From Dehalococcoidia bacterium UBA2158 (lineage in GTDB: Bacteria > Chloroflexota > Dehalococcoidia > Lucifugimonadales > UBA3495), in contig DCWQ01000029.1 in assembly GCA_002328185.1 (NCBI GenBank), positions 69,951 to 133,950 of the forward strand: a stretch of DNA of 64,000 bases, written 5' to 3'. The notes beneath the pieces were generated by a model, which saw only the letters and a list, made by a program, of their open reading frames with translations, was not told where the DNA came from and searched no databases. Position 1 is the stretch's first letter, and each line of letters begins with the position of its first letter. Shown piece after piece: positions 1 to 8,679 of the stretch. The position numbers and the translations under genes were made by a program.

Positions 1-879
1 CTCCCAGCGGTTGCGCTCCTTGCAGGCTGCGGCCACGCCTTCCAAGTCGGCGTTGTCGAGAATCCAGATACCCATGGCGGTGATGCTTACTTGATGGATG
101 GGACTCTGCACCTTATCGTATTGTGGCGGGTTCACGTCATTACCCGTATCCGAGCCCATCATGGCGATACCCCGTTCGTAAAACAAAGGCAACACCGACG
201 CCTGGCAGGCCGTTGAGCCCAGCGACCGGTCGGCGGGCCCCTCCACGTTACGGCGGTGCAACTGGCCGGTTCGGATCAGCAGGACGTCGCCCTCTTCCAC
301 TTTGAAGCCGCAGCGTTCCTCGGCGGCCAAGATATCGTCAATCATCACGCCCTCTCCGCGCTCCACCCAATCGATGCCCCGGATCATGGGCACATCAACC
401 AGCACCGCCCGGGTGACGATTCCCTCGTGGGCTTCCTCAACCGAGCCAAACGTCGCACCGAGGCTGGTCGACACTAGGTGGGCTGGTTTGCCGTTGTAGG
501 TCTTGCCGTCCCAGAAGAAATGGGACAATGCGTCGACGTGGGTGACCGTGACGCCGTGGAAGATCATGCCGAAGTAGTCGGTGGCGGCCGGGAAATTCCG
601 GGAGCTCACCTTGTCCCCGCTGGCCCAGCCCTCTCCGCTCTCCACCATGAAGTGCACCGGCACGTTGGTGGGGGCGTCGACACTCGGCTCGAAGGTGACC
701 GTGCGTGACATCGAGATACGGACGCCTTCCTGCACCGTAGATATGGCCTGTTTCACCTTGGCTGGGGTGATGTAATTGGGGGCGCCCAATTCGTCGTCGT
801 CGCCCCACTTCCCCCAATTGGAGAACTTATCGAAATAAGTCAGAACCTCGTCTTCACTGGGAATATTCGCCTGCGGCAT
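1..879 (-). CDS. putative cyclase family protein (kynurenine-formamidase-like); C-terminus lies beyond the window start
   Basis: Absent from the ORF track because there is no stop in the window. Hand translation of the minus strand from ATG 879 gives MPQANIPSEDEVLTYFDKFSNWGKWGDDDELGAPNYITPAKV... and stays open to position 1. The SNWGKWG..DELG N-terminus is typical of PF04199-type cyclases. GGAG lies 7 nt upstream. Confidence 0.7.
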   Translation of the reverse strand, partial: MPQANIPSEDEVLTYFDKFSNWGKWGDDDELGAPNYITPAKVKQAISTVQEGVRISMSRTVTFEPSVDAPTNVPVHFMVESGEGWASGDKVSSRNFPAATDYFGMIFHGVTVTHVDALSHFFWDGKTYNGKPAHLVSTSLGATFGSVEEAHEGIVTRAVLVDVPMIRGIDWVERGEGVMIDDILAAEERCGFKVEEGDVLLIRTGQLHRRNVEGPADRSLGSTACQASVLPLFYERGIAMMGSDTGNDVNPPQYDKVQSPIHQVSITAMGIWILDNADLEGVAAACKERNRWE

Positions 880-906
880 GTGTTTACTCCTATCTGCTGA
901 TTGCTT

Positions 907-2262
907 TTAACTGGAGGTTGGCGGGACCAACTGAACGTCGATTATCTTCTCGCACCACCTAGCCACGGCCAACAACCGGGCCTCCTCGAAGGGAGATGCG
1001 ATGAGTTGGATACCCATTGGTAGACCAGATTCAGCCAAGCCAGTGGGCAGGGTTATGGTCGGCAGTCCGCATGAGGTCCAAGGACCCTGGAAACGAGTGT
1101 CGCCGGTATTGGTCAAGTCAGCCAGGGGCGCGGTTGGGGTCGATGGCGTGAGCAGGACGTCCGCCTGCTCAGCCAGTAGTTTCATGTCGGCGGTGAACCG
1201 GAGCCTTCTTTCCAGTGCCCTCGTGTAAGTCACGGCGTCGGTCTCGAGACCTTGACGCAGCATCTCCCGCAGCTTGGGGCGGTAGTCTTGCGCCTGTTTC
1301 TCGTACATCGGCTTGTGGAAGGCGGCGGCCTCCACGCCCATGATGAGCAACTGGTCCTGGAAGGCAGTGTTGAAGCTATCTGGCAACGTCACTTCCATCA
1401 CGGAAGCGCCGGCCGACGTCAACTGCTCCAGCACGGCCGTAGTCAGCTTCTGGGTTTCTACATCGGACTCCTCCATGAAGAACGAGGCGATGAGCCCAAT
1501 CTTTGGCGGCTTAGCCGATTCCAACCCCGACAGGTAGTCGCCGGCCGGTAATCGTGAAGCTACTGGGTCTAGCTCGTCGGGCCCGGCCAAGACTTGGAGC
1601 AGCAAGGCCATGTCTTCCACGGAGCGGCCCATCCAGCCCACGGTGTCCAATGACCAACTCACCGGCACCACTCCCCGGCGGCTGACCCGTCCGTAGGTGG
1701 GCTTGAGGCCGGTGATGCCGTTATATGACGCAGGGCGGAGCACGGAGCCCACGGTCTGCGACCCCATGGCTATCGGGCACATCCGGGCGGCGACGGACAC
1801 CGCCGAGCCGCTGCTGGAACCGCCGGGCGTGTGGGCCGAGTTCCAAGGGTTCTTGGTGTGAGACGGGTCGAGGCAGGCAAACTCGGTGGTGACCGTCTTG
1901 CCCAGCATGATTGCCCCGGCCTTTTGTAGCAGGTCGATGGTTACCGCTGTCTCGTCGGGCACGTAATCGGCATAGACTATGGAGCCGGCGGTGGTAGGGG
2001 TGCCCGCTATGTTATAGATGTCCTTGATGCCGATGGGCACGCCGTGCAGCGGGCCGGTAGCAGCGCCGCTCTCCAGTTCAACCTGACGTTGTTCGGCGTC
2101 AGCTAAGACCGCCTCGCGGTTGACCCGGACCCAGGCGTCTAACTGGGGTTCTAGGGAGTCCATACGCTCCAGAAGCGATTGGGCAACTTCTACCGGGGTA
2201 ATTTTCTTCTTGCGGATCTGGCGGGCCAGTTGCGCCGCCGATAGCTCATGGGTCTGTGGCAT
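907..2262 (-). CDS. amidase (amidase-signature family, GatA-like)
   Basis: ORF 907..2307 contains the GGSSSGSAVSVAA signature and GIKD..TTAGS. Start moved to ATG 2262 (MPQTHELS...), which is preceded by AAAGGAG. Confidence 0.9.
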   Translation of the reverse strand: MPQTHELSAAQLARQIRKKKITPVEVAQSLLERMDSLEPQLDAWVRVNREAVLADAEQRQVELESGAATGPLHGVPIGIKDIYNIAGTPTTAGSIVYADYVPDETAVTIDLLQKAGAIMLGKTVTTEFACLDPSHTKNPWNSAHTPGGSSSGSAVSVAARMCPIAMGSQTVGSVLRPASYNGITGLKPTYGRVSRRGVVPVSWSLDTVGWMGRSVEDMALLLQVLAGPDELDPVASRLPAGDYLSGLESAKPPKIGLIASFFMEESDVETQKLTTAVLEQLTSAGASVMEVTLPDSFNTAFQDQLLIMGVEAAAFHKPMYEKQAQDYRPKLREMLRQGLETDAVTYTRALERRLRFTADMKLLAEQADVLLTPSTPTAPLADLTNTGDTRFQGPWTSCGLPTITLPTGLAESGLPMGIQLIASPFEEARLLAVARWCEKIIDVQLVPPTSS

Positions 2263-2338
2263 GGCTGCTCCTTTGAGCCGGATTGGTCGCTTGGAAAGCT
2301 TCTCCAAAGAATCTTTGAACCGAAAGTCAATTTACATT

Positions 2339-2460
2339 GTCATTCCGAGAGAAGCGAGAGGCCCAGCGCTATCGACCGTTGGCGCCGATTTATACAGTCA
2401 AGCTCTCGGATGGTCTTCCAAAGCAATGAGATTCTTCGTCGTTGCTCTCCTTGAAATGAC
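2339..2460. repeat. inverted pair of GTCATTCCGAG-type repeat arms with about 70 nt spacer and no cargo gene
   Basis: The left arm is gtcattccgagagaagcgagagg (2339..2361). The right arm at 2431..2460 reverse-complements to gtcatttcaaggagagcaacgacgaagaat. Confidence 0.7.
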
Positions 2461-2487
2461 ATTTATGCGTTGTAGTGCTAGTTCGCT

Positions 2488-2868
2488 GTCACCCCGAGAG
2501 AAACGAAGGGTCTCTTTATTGTGGATCTACCTCGTACCATCCTTCGGACAGGTCTTTCCATCCAGGATTGGCCGCTTCAATCAAGTCTGTCGTTGTGGAG
2601 CGTCTCCATTTCTTGATCTTTTTCTCTCGAGAGATGGCCCTTTCATATTGGACGGTTTGTCGAAATAAACCAGCCGGGTTATTTTGTAACGCTTTGTGAA
2701 TCCTTCAATCGATTCAGATTTGTGTTCATGGACCGGTTGTTCGAGGTCGTTTGTTACCCCAACGTACAGAATCCGTGATCAGTTAGTCATGATGTAGACA
2801 TAGCACTGGCGATTCATGCTGGGGTGTTAAGCAAAGAGATTAATCGTCGTTTCACTCCTCGAAATGAC
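2488..2868 (-). mobile_element. GIY-YIG gene remnant bracketed by inverted GTCAYYYCGAG-type arms (possible decayed selfish element)
   Basis: One arm is gtcaccccgagagaaacgaaggg (2488..2510). The other arm at 2843..2868 reverse-complements to gtcatttcgaggagtgaaacgacgat. The pseudogene lies between them. Confidence 0.5.
2516..2817 (-). pseudogene. GIY-YIG nuclease family (COG2827-like small URI-domain protein), disrupted
   Basis: Hand translation gives MNRQCYVYIMTN-TGA-SRILYVGVTNDLEQPVHEHKSESIEGFTKRYKITRLVYFDKPSNMKG, then a 1-nt frame change in the C-run at 2638..2640, then AISREKKIKKWRRSTTTDLIEAANPGWKDLSEGWYEVDPQ*. The YVYIMTN, LYVGVTNDL, EH, REKxIKxW and NPxWxDL motifs are present. Confidence 0.8.
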
Positions 2869-2891
2869 AGTTCGGGTGGAGTATTGCTTCC

Positions 2892-4310
2892 TTATGACAC
2901 CGGCGGGCGGCGGGTGTTCCAGTTTGTTGCTTGTTCGTAGGCGTGGGCGACTCTGAAAACCATTGATTCTGCGAAGGGTTTGCCGGCTATCTGCAGGCCC
3001 ACGGGCAGGTCATCGGAGGTGAACCCGCAGTTGATGGACAGGGCCGGGACGCTGGCCAGATTGAATGGGGCGGTGAAGCTGCGGCGTCCCCCCAACATCT
3101 CCATGAAGGCCTCTTTGCTTTCGACGCCGGCCTTTTCGGGGATGGGCGACGCCGGGATGGACGAAGTTGGCATCACCAACACATCTACCTGTTCCAAGGC
3201 GTCAAAGATCTGCTGCCGGAGCATGTGCCGCAGTCGAACCGCCTTCTGATGGGCCTGAGCGGGCAGTATCGCCCCGGCCAGCAGCCGGAGTTGAATGTTG
3301 TAGTCATACTCTTTCAGACGGTTGTCGATCCCTTCCCGGTGGACACCGGAGACGTCCCCGTAGGTCACTGCGGTAGAGATGGCCGCCGATTGGGCGATCA
3401 ATGGAATATCCACATGGGAAACAGCAGCCCCCAATTCACCCAGTTGTGCGATGGCCTTGACCACTAAGTCCCGCACCTGGGGATCGACAGCATCTCCCTC
3501 GACCCGTTCGGTGATGACACCGATCTTCAGTCCCTCGACCCCGTCGGCTAGCTCTGCCAGGTAATCGGGCACTGGCACGTCCCAGGTATGGCCGTCTTTG
3601 GGGTCATGCCCGGCGATGGCGCCTAGGGTTATGGCGCAGTCAGCCACGGTGCGCGAGATGGGGCCGACTTGGTCCATCGACCACGATGCGCCCAGCACCC
3701 CATGGCGGCTGACCCGCCCCCAGGAAGGCCGGATGCCGACCAGACCGCAGAACGAGGCCGGGCCCCGGATGGAACCGCCGGTGTCCTCGCCCAGGGATGT
3801 GGCGCAGAGGAAAGCGGCTGTCGCGGCGCCAGAGCCGCTGCTGGATGTGCCTGGGTTGCGGGACAAGTCCCAAGGGTTGTGAGGGCGACCGTAGGGATGC
3901 TCAAAGGCGTCACCCATGGCGAATTCGCTCATGTTCAGCTTGCCCAGAAGGACGGCCCCCGCATCATTCAGTTTCGACATCACCGTGGCGTCTTCGTCAG
4001 GCACGAAATCCTTCAAGATTGTCGAGCCACCGGTGGTGAGGATACCTTTGGTGTAGACCTGGTCTTTGATGCCGACGGGCACGCCGTGCATCGGACCCCG
4101 GTACTTGCCGGACACTATTTCCTGCTCGGCTTGACTGGCGTCGGCCATGGCCCGGTCGGCGGTAACCGTGATGTAGGAATTCAGCTTGCCGTCTAGCTGG
4201 GGAATACGCTCCAGATAGGCCTCGGTTGCCTCGACGGGGGAGACTTCCTTGGACTTGATCAGGGATGCCAGTTCAGTTGCGGATAGGAAGGGTATTTCTG
4301 TTTTGTCCAC
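2892..4310 (-). CDS. amidase (amidase-signature family)
   Basis: 472-aa ORF with GTSSSGSGAATAA and GIKD..TTGGS. GTG start, with GGAGG ending 7 nt upstream. Confidence 0.9.
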   Translation of the reverse strand: MDKTEIPFLSATELASLIKSKEVSPVEATEAYLERIPQLDGKLNSYITVTADRAMADASQAEQEIVSGKYRGPMHGVPVGIKDQVYTKGILTTGGSTILKDFVPDEDATVMSKLNDAGAVLLGKLNMSEFAMGDAFEHPYGRPHNPWDLSRNPGTSSSGSGAATAAFLCATSLGEDTGGSIRGPASFCGLVGIRPSWGRVSRHGVLGASWSMDQVGPISRTVADCAITLGAIAGHDPKDGHTWDVPVPDYLAELADGVEGLKIGVITERVEGDAVDPQVRDLVVKAIAQLGELGAAVSHVDIPLIAQSAAISTAVTYGDVSGVHREGIDNRLKEYDYNIQLRLLAGAILPAQAHQKAVRLRHMLRQQIFDALEQVDVLVMPTSSIPASPIPEKAGVESKEAFMEMLGGRRSFTAPFNLASVPALSINCGFTSDDLPVGLQIAGKPFAESMVFRVAHAYEQATNWNTRRPPVS

Positions 4311-4479
4311 CGGGTATCCTCCAATCGGATCCGTTACGGAGTTTCTGACCCAGGCGTAGCTGGAGCACGGCCATTCTGCCCCCGGCCAGTCCTGTTGTCA
4401 ATGTGATTCCACCCGCGGGCGACGAAGTAGTATAACGCGCAACAGTTATGGGACTGGGCACGGCCAACTTGGATTCCGC

Positions 4480-4488
4480 TGGTATAAT
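4480..4488 (+). promoter_or_regulatory. possible extended -10 promoter element (TGGTATAAT) for glmU
   Basis: tggtataat lies 48 nt upstream of the glmU ATG. No good -35 element was seen. Confidence 0.3.
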
Positions 4489-4535
4489 TGTCCCAGTAAA
4501 TAGACCGTTTTGACGCACAAATGCGGGGTGGAAAC

Positions 4536-5885
4536 ATGAAAGACTTGGCAGGGATCATAATGGCCGCCGGAGAGGGAATCAGGATGAAGTCCCGTACCCC
4601 CAAGGTGCTGCACTGCTTCTGCGGGAAAGAGCTGCTCCGATATCCGGTGGAGTTGCTGAGCCGAGCGGGCGTGGGCCGCATAGTCGTGGTGGTGTCCCCC
4701 GCCAGCCAGGACGCAGTCAAAGAGCTGCTGGGTGATTCCGTTGAGTATGCCGTTCAGTCCGCCAAGACAGGAACGGCGGGTGCGGTGGAGTCCGCCGCCG
4801 CTGCCCTCCGGGGACAGGCCCAGCAGGTGGTCGTGATCGGCGGTGATTCGCCGTTGGTTACTGAAGAGTCGGTGCGCAGTCTAGTCAGCGGGCATCTCGA
4901 AAACTCGCGTCAGATGTCGGTCCTCTCCGGCATCGTTGCAGACGGCCGTGGGCTGGGGCGCATTAACCGTGACCTGGGCTCACAGCAGAACATCCTGGGC
5001 ATCAACGAGGCCTCAGATGACCGGGAAAGGCTTAATGAACACGTGGAGGTGAACTCGGGGGTCTATTGCTTCCAAGGCGAGTGGTTATGGGAGAACCTGG
5101 GTCGGGTGACCGTCGGCAGTGGCCCCGAGCGCTATCTAACGGACCTGGCGGCCATCGCCGCAGACCAGGGCGCCAACGTCGCCGCCTTGCCTTCAAACGA
5201 CCCTGATGAAGCCTTGGGAATCAATAACCGGGTGGAATTGGCCAACCTGGAGAATATTCAGCGCCGGCGCATCCGCGAGCATTGGATGTTGGAGGGCGTG
5301 ACGATTACCGACCCGGCGTCGGTGATGATCGACGCCGGGGTGACCATCGGTCAGGATACCGTGGTGCTGCCGAACACCATACTTCTAGGAAGCACGTCCA
5401 TTGGGTCCGGCTGCGAGATTGGCCCCGGCTCGGTGGTCAAAGACTCGTCTGTGGGCGACGACTGCCGGGTCACATCGTCGGCGCTGGAGGATGCGGTCAT
5501 GGAGGCCGGAGTAGACATCGGCCCATTCAGCCATCTGCGGCCGGGAGCCTATCTGGAGTCTGGTGTGCACATCGGGAATTACGTAGAGGTGAAGGAGAGC
5601 CGGTTTGCCGCCGGGGCTGTCATGGGACACTTCGGCTACATCGGCGATGCGTCCATCGGCGCCAACGTCAACGTGGGTGCTGGCACAGTTACCTGTAACT
5701 ACGACGGTAAGGTCAAACGCCGTTCGGTGGTGGAGAAAGACGCCTTCATCGGTTGTGATACCATGCTCGTGGCGCCGGTCACCGTGGGAGCCGGGGCGGT
5801 TACCGGGGCGGGCGCAGTCGTCACAAAGGACGTCCCGCAGGCTAGACTAGCCGTTGGCGTTCCTGCTAAGATAATAGATAGATGA
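4536..5885 (+). CDS. glmU: bifunctional UDP-N-acetylglucosamine pyrophosphorylase / glucosamine-1-phosphate N-acetyltransferase
   Basis: ORF 4521..5885. N-terminus is MKDLAGIIMAAGEGIRMKS..PKVLH (nucleotidyltransferase G-loop). The C-terminal half shows a left-handed beta-helix hexapeptide pattern (IGxxVxIG repeats). Start placed at ATG 4536 after GGTGGA. Confidence 0.9.
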   Translation: MKDLAGIIMAAGEGIRMKSRTPKVLHCFCGKELLRYPVELLSRAGVGRIVVVVSPASQDAVKELLGDSVEYAVQSAKTGTAGAVESAAAALRGQAQQVVVIGGDSPLVTEESVRSLVSGHLENSRQMSVLSGIVADGRGLGRINRDLGSQQNILGINEASDDRERLNEHVEVNSGVYCFQGEWLWENLGRVTVGSGPERYLTDLAAIAADQGANVAALPSNDPDEALGINNRVELANLENIQRRRIREHWMLEGVTITDPASVMIDAGVTIGQDTVVLPNTILLGSTSIGSGCEIGPGSVVKDSSVGDDCRVTSSALEDAVMEAGVDIGPFSHLRPGAYLESGVHIGNYVEVKESRFAAGAVMGHFGYIGDASIGANVNVGAGTVTCNYDGKVKRRSVVEKDAFIGCDTMLVAPVTVGAGAVTGAGAVVTKDVPQARLAVGVPAKIIDR

Positions 5886-5952
5886 ATGGTCCCAACTGAC
5901 CTCCTGACGACTCTTCCCACAGGCGTAAGTACCGAAACGGCATAGACGTGGG

Positions 5953-7170
5953 TTGACCAGGGGGACGGGGTGTTTGGATACAGATTATTTACCGCAAATC
6001 ATAGTTTTTATCGTCTTCGTTCTCTTGTTCTCATACCTGAGCATGATTCGCTCGGGTGGGTCTGCTGGGCCCACCGTCAGAGATGAGAACCCCTCGGTCC
6101 TCTCCGATTCGCTCCTCTTCTGGCTGAAAGCGGCCTGTTTCTTCGCGGTTGTCCTCTCCGGTGTAGCCTTGATTCAAAGCGCTGTGACCACAGACTGGTG
6201 GCTGGTCGCGTTCATGGCTGCCGGGCTATTGGCCGGGTTGTTCTTGATCGATCGGGCAGCGGATGTCGTTGACAAGCGCCTTTCTGCACTATCCCGTCCG
6301 TGGAACAAGACGGCGTCGGCCAACGGCGGTTCGCCGTCGGCGGCAAACGGCCACGCGAGCAATGGAAACGGGAACGATCATGGACTCTCCGAGGACGAGC
6401 TTGAAGAACCGGCCATCACTGAAGAAGAATTGACCAGCCTCGATGACCGGGACCGTGAGATGCTCCGATCCATCATCCGTCTCGACGCCACCACCGTCAG
6501 AGAGGTCATGGTCCCCCGGTTAGATATGGCCGCTGTGGAGGCCGACTCTCCCCTGGAAGTCGTCGCCGAGACGATGGTCAGCCGAGGTCACAGCCGTCTT
6601 CCTGTGTATGAAGAAACCATCGACAAGATCCTCGGTATTGTCCATGCTCGTGATGTCATGGGTTCGTTGGCCAAGTCAGGGAAGTCACAGGACTCGCTGC
6701 GCACCCTGGTCCGCGAGGCGTTCATCATTCCCGAGGGCAAGCGGGTCGACGACCTGTTGGAAGAACTGCAGGAGCGCCGCACCCAGATAGCCATCGTGGT
6801 GGATGAATACGGCGGCACCGAGGGCCTGGTCACCATGGAAGACCTGCTTGAGGAGATCGTCGGCGAGATCGAGGACGAGTTCTCCCGCTCCCGGGACGCC
6901 CAAGTGATCCGCCAACCCGATGGAACAATGCTAGTAGACGCCGGAGTGACTACAGAGCACGTGGAAGAGCTGTTCGGGACCACCATCGACAGCACCGAGG
7001 TCGACACGGTGGGCGGCTACGTCTACCACAGCCTAGGCCGGATACCTCAAACCGGAGACATCTTGGAAACAGACCATTTGCACATCGAGGTGGTATCGAT
7101 GCTAGGTCGCCGTCTCCGCAAACTACGCATCCACCGCATAGACCAAGGGGCCGCCGAACCAAGCCTGTAA
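5953..7170 (+). CDS. CBS-pair / CorC_HlyC domain membrane protein (hemolysin/CNNM-like)
   Basis: 405-aa ORF with hydrophobic N-terminal segments, a low-complexity linker, then REVMVPRLDM...SRLPVY (CBS pair) and a C-terminal VDEYGGTEGLVTMEDLLEEIVGEI plus transporter-associated domain. The TTG start is uncertain. Confidence 0.8.
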   Translation: MTRGTGCLDTDYLPQIIVFIVFVLLFSYLSMIRSGGSAGPTVRDENPSVLSDSLLFWLKAACFFAVVLSGVALIQSAVTTDWWLVAFMAAGLLAGLFLIDRAADVVDKRLSALSRPWNKTASANGGSPSAANGHASNGNGNDHGLSEDELEEPAITEEELTSLDDRDREMLRSIIRLDATTVREVMVPRLDMAAVEADSPLEVVAETMVSRGHSRLPVYEETIDKILGIVHARDVMGSLAKSGKSQDSLRTLVREAFIIPEGKRVDDLLEELQERRTQIAIVVDEYGGTEGLVTMEDLLEEIVGEIEDEFSRSRDAQVIRQPDGTMLVDAGVTTEHVEELFGTTIDSTEVDTVGGYVYHSLGRIPQTGDILETDHLHIEVVSMLGRRLRKLRIHRIDQGAAEPSL

Positions 7171-7187
7171 ATGACCAGCCATGAAAC

Positions 7188-7222
7188 GAAAAGAGACGCC
7201 AATAACCGGCGTCTCTTTTTTG
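7188..7222 (+). terminator. rho-independent terminator after the CorC-like gene
   Basis: The stem agagacgcc (7192..7200) pairs with ggcgtctct (7208..7216) and is followed by a T-run. Confidence 0.8.
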
Positions 7223-7241
7223 TTGCAAAAGCCCCCTAACT

Positions 7242-7381
7242 GCCATTCCGAGAAGCGACGCGACGAGGAATTCTATTGCCATTGGGCAAACCAAGCCGCG
7301 GCCTGGCAAACCGGCGGTCCGCAAGAGGGTAACGGGAGGGAAAGTGACCCCTCGCTACACTTGGGGTGACAGCGAGGGGTC
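7242..7381. repeat. inverted pair of the GTCATTCCGAG-type repeat family, including an 11-bp perfect hairpin
   Basis: One arm is gccattccgagaagcgacgcgacgaggaattc (7242..7273). The other arm at 7344..7370 reverse-complements to gtcaccccaagtgtagcgaggggtcac. The hairpin is gacccctcgct (7346..7356) paired with agcgaggggtc (7371..7381). It lies between convergent genes and may also terminate transcription. Confidence 0.6.
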
Positions 7382-7415
7382 TAGTTGGTCTTAACGATGT
7401 ACTGATAGCTGACAG

Positions 7416-8213
7416 CTACCGAAGTGCTATCAAAACCCCGGATACCACCAACCGGTGGTCATAGACGAACCGTGGCACCGAAGAAACCAGCTTGATGTCC
7501 GCCTCCGGTGTCGCATCCAAGCTCAAGTCGTCTTGGTGGACCACCTGTGTGGCCGTCGCCCGATAGAGGAACTGATTCGCGCCGTTGTCGGTGATGATAA
7601 AGACATCCTCTCCGCTGCGTAGTTTCTCCGGCACCTTTTGCAGGTTGAAGAAGACTGATCCTTCGCGACTGATGGGGCTCTCGGTATGCCCAAAGAACCA
7701 AGAGGTCCCCTGCTCACCGGCGTCAGCCGATTCAGGGATGTGTCCCACAGTATTGTCCGGGCTCTCATAGGCCCGGCTGTCGCCCAAGTCCAAGATAGAC
7801 AGTTCGGAGATCGCCGAATCCACGCCGATGGACGGCACCAATATCCTGGTGGAAGGCTGAATGTCGCCGATCTTAACGCCGGCCTCGCCGATAGGGGAGA
7901 AGTCGTCGAGCAATTTCTGCTGTCTTAGAAAGGCGGGCTCGTAGCCGAATGGGTCGCCCCAGGAATCAGCCGTTACAGCCTTGCCGGGGAACAAACTGAT
8001 ACTGGTAGCAGCGCTACCAGTGATGGAGGTGATCGTTCGTGGCTCAAATACGGACGCCAGATCGTCCAGGTTGGACTTGGCGCTGGCTGAGTAGCTGTAG
8101 TAAGCGCCGCCCGATGCAAGCAGCAGAAAACCGAAGACTAAGAGGATGATTCCTGTGAGACTGGCGATGCGCCGCGGCAGACGCCCATGAATATAATCGA
8201 AACCAGCTTCCAT
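7416..8213 (-). CDS. sortase-like membrane-anchored protein (class E-like fold) with Ser at the catalytic Cys position
   Basis: ORF 7416..8246. Start moved to ATG 8213 (GAAGGAGG upstream). N-terminal TM segment IASLTGIILLVFGFLLLASGGAYY. The sortase-type layout is RILVPSIGVDS, then FFGHTE, then GEDVFIIT...YRAT, then KLVSSVP (expected TLxTC-P), then HRLVV. Confidence 0.65.
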   Translation of the reverse strand: MEAGFDYIHGRLPRRIASLTGIILLVFGFLLLASGGAYYSYSASAKSNLDDLASVFEPRTITSITGSAATSISLFPGKAVTADSWGDPFGYEPAFLRQQKLLDDFSPIGEAGVKIGDIQPSTRILVPSIGVDSAISELSILDLGDSRAYESPDNTVGHIPESADAGEQGTSWFFGHTESPISREGSVFFNLQKVPEKLRSGEDVFIITDNGANQFLYRATATQVVHQDDLSLDATPEADIKLVSSVPRFVYDHRLVVSGVLIALR

Positions 8214-8302
8214 ACCACCTCCTTCAACACTCACCGCCCAAAACAAGTCCAGTAGGGAGAGCGCGGTATTGGGGATTGTCTAAAAAGACTAGCGTGCCCT
8301 GC

Positions 8303-8515
8303 CTAGCGTGCCCTGGGTGTATTGGCGCCGCCTGGGGAGATGGGTTCGTTCAGGTAGATATCGCCGTTGCGAATCTTGATGTTGAACCCGCACGCCGGGT
8401 TGATGCAAACCCAGGCCTTGTAATGGACCGCGGCCCCTTGACCGCCGTAGTCCGAGAGAGGGACGAGATTACCAATATCACAACTCAAGCATTTCGGCAT
8501 AGACGACTCTTCCAC
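8303..8515 (-). CDS. small zinc-ribbon protein (CxxC ... CxxxxC)
   Basis: 70-aa ORF containing MPKCLSCD...WVCINPACGF. GTG start is preceded by GGAGGAGGAG. It lies downstream of the rpoD terminator and 90 nt upstream of the sortase-like gene. Confidence 0.5.
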   Translation of the reverse strand: MEESSMPKCLSCDIGNLVPLSDYGGQGAAVHYKAWVCINPACGFNIKIRNGDIYLNEPISPGGANTPRAR

Positions 8516-8596
8516 GGACTCCTCCTCCCAACTCGGAATGGCCCAAGTATACCACCGGGGTTTGTGCGAGAACTACAAGATTTAACGCGATGTTTA

Positions 8597-8654
8597 CTAA
8601 AAAAGACGAGCCCAGGCAACATAAGTATGGGATTCGTTATTATGTTGCCTGGGC
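8597..8654 (-). terminator. rho-independent terminator of rpoD
   Basis: Perfect 15-bp stem: gcccaggcaacataa (8610..8624) pairs with ttatgttgcctgggc (8640..8654). On the minus strand it is followed by a T-run (A-run 8599..8604 on the plus strand). Confidence 0.85.
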
Positions 8655-8679
8655 GCATTCCCGTTCTTGACTATTAAGA

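Noticed and set aside
2779-2781. The in-frame TGA in the GIY-YIG gene as possible recoding (Sec or Trp).
   Set aside because: The same gene also carries a frameshift in a homopolymer run, and GIY-YIG proteins have no redox residue at that position. Pseudogenisation is the simpler reading.
4334-4720. A 128-aa minus-strand ORF spanning the amidase-glmU intergenic region and the glmU start.
   Set aside because: It overlaps the glmU coding sequence in antisense, has no motif and has no SD.
8276-8677. A 133-aa plus-strand ORF overlapping the zinc-ribbon gene and the rpoD terminator.
   Set aside because: It runs through a 15-bp terminator hairpin and is antisense to a better-supported small gene that has a strong SD.
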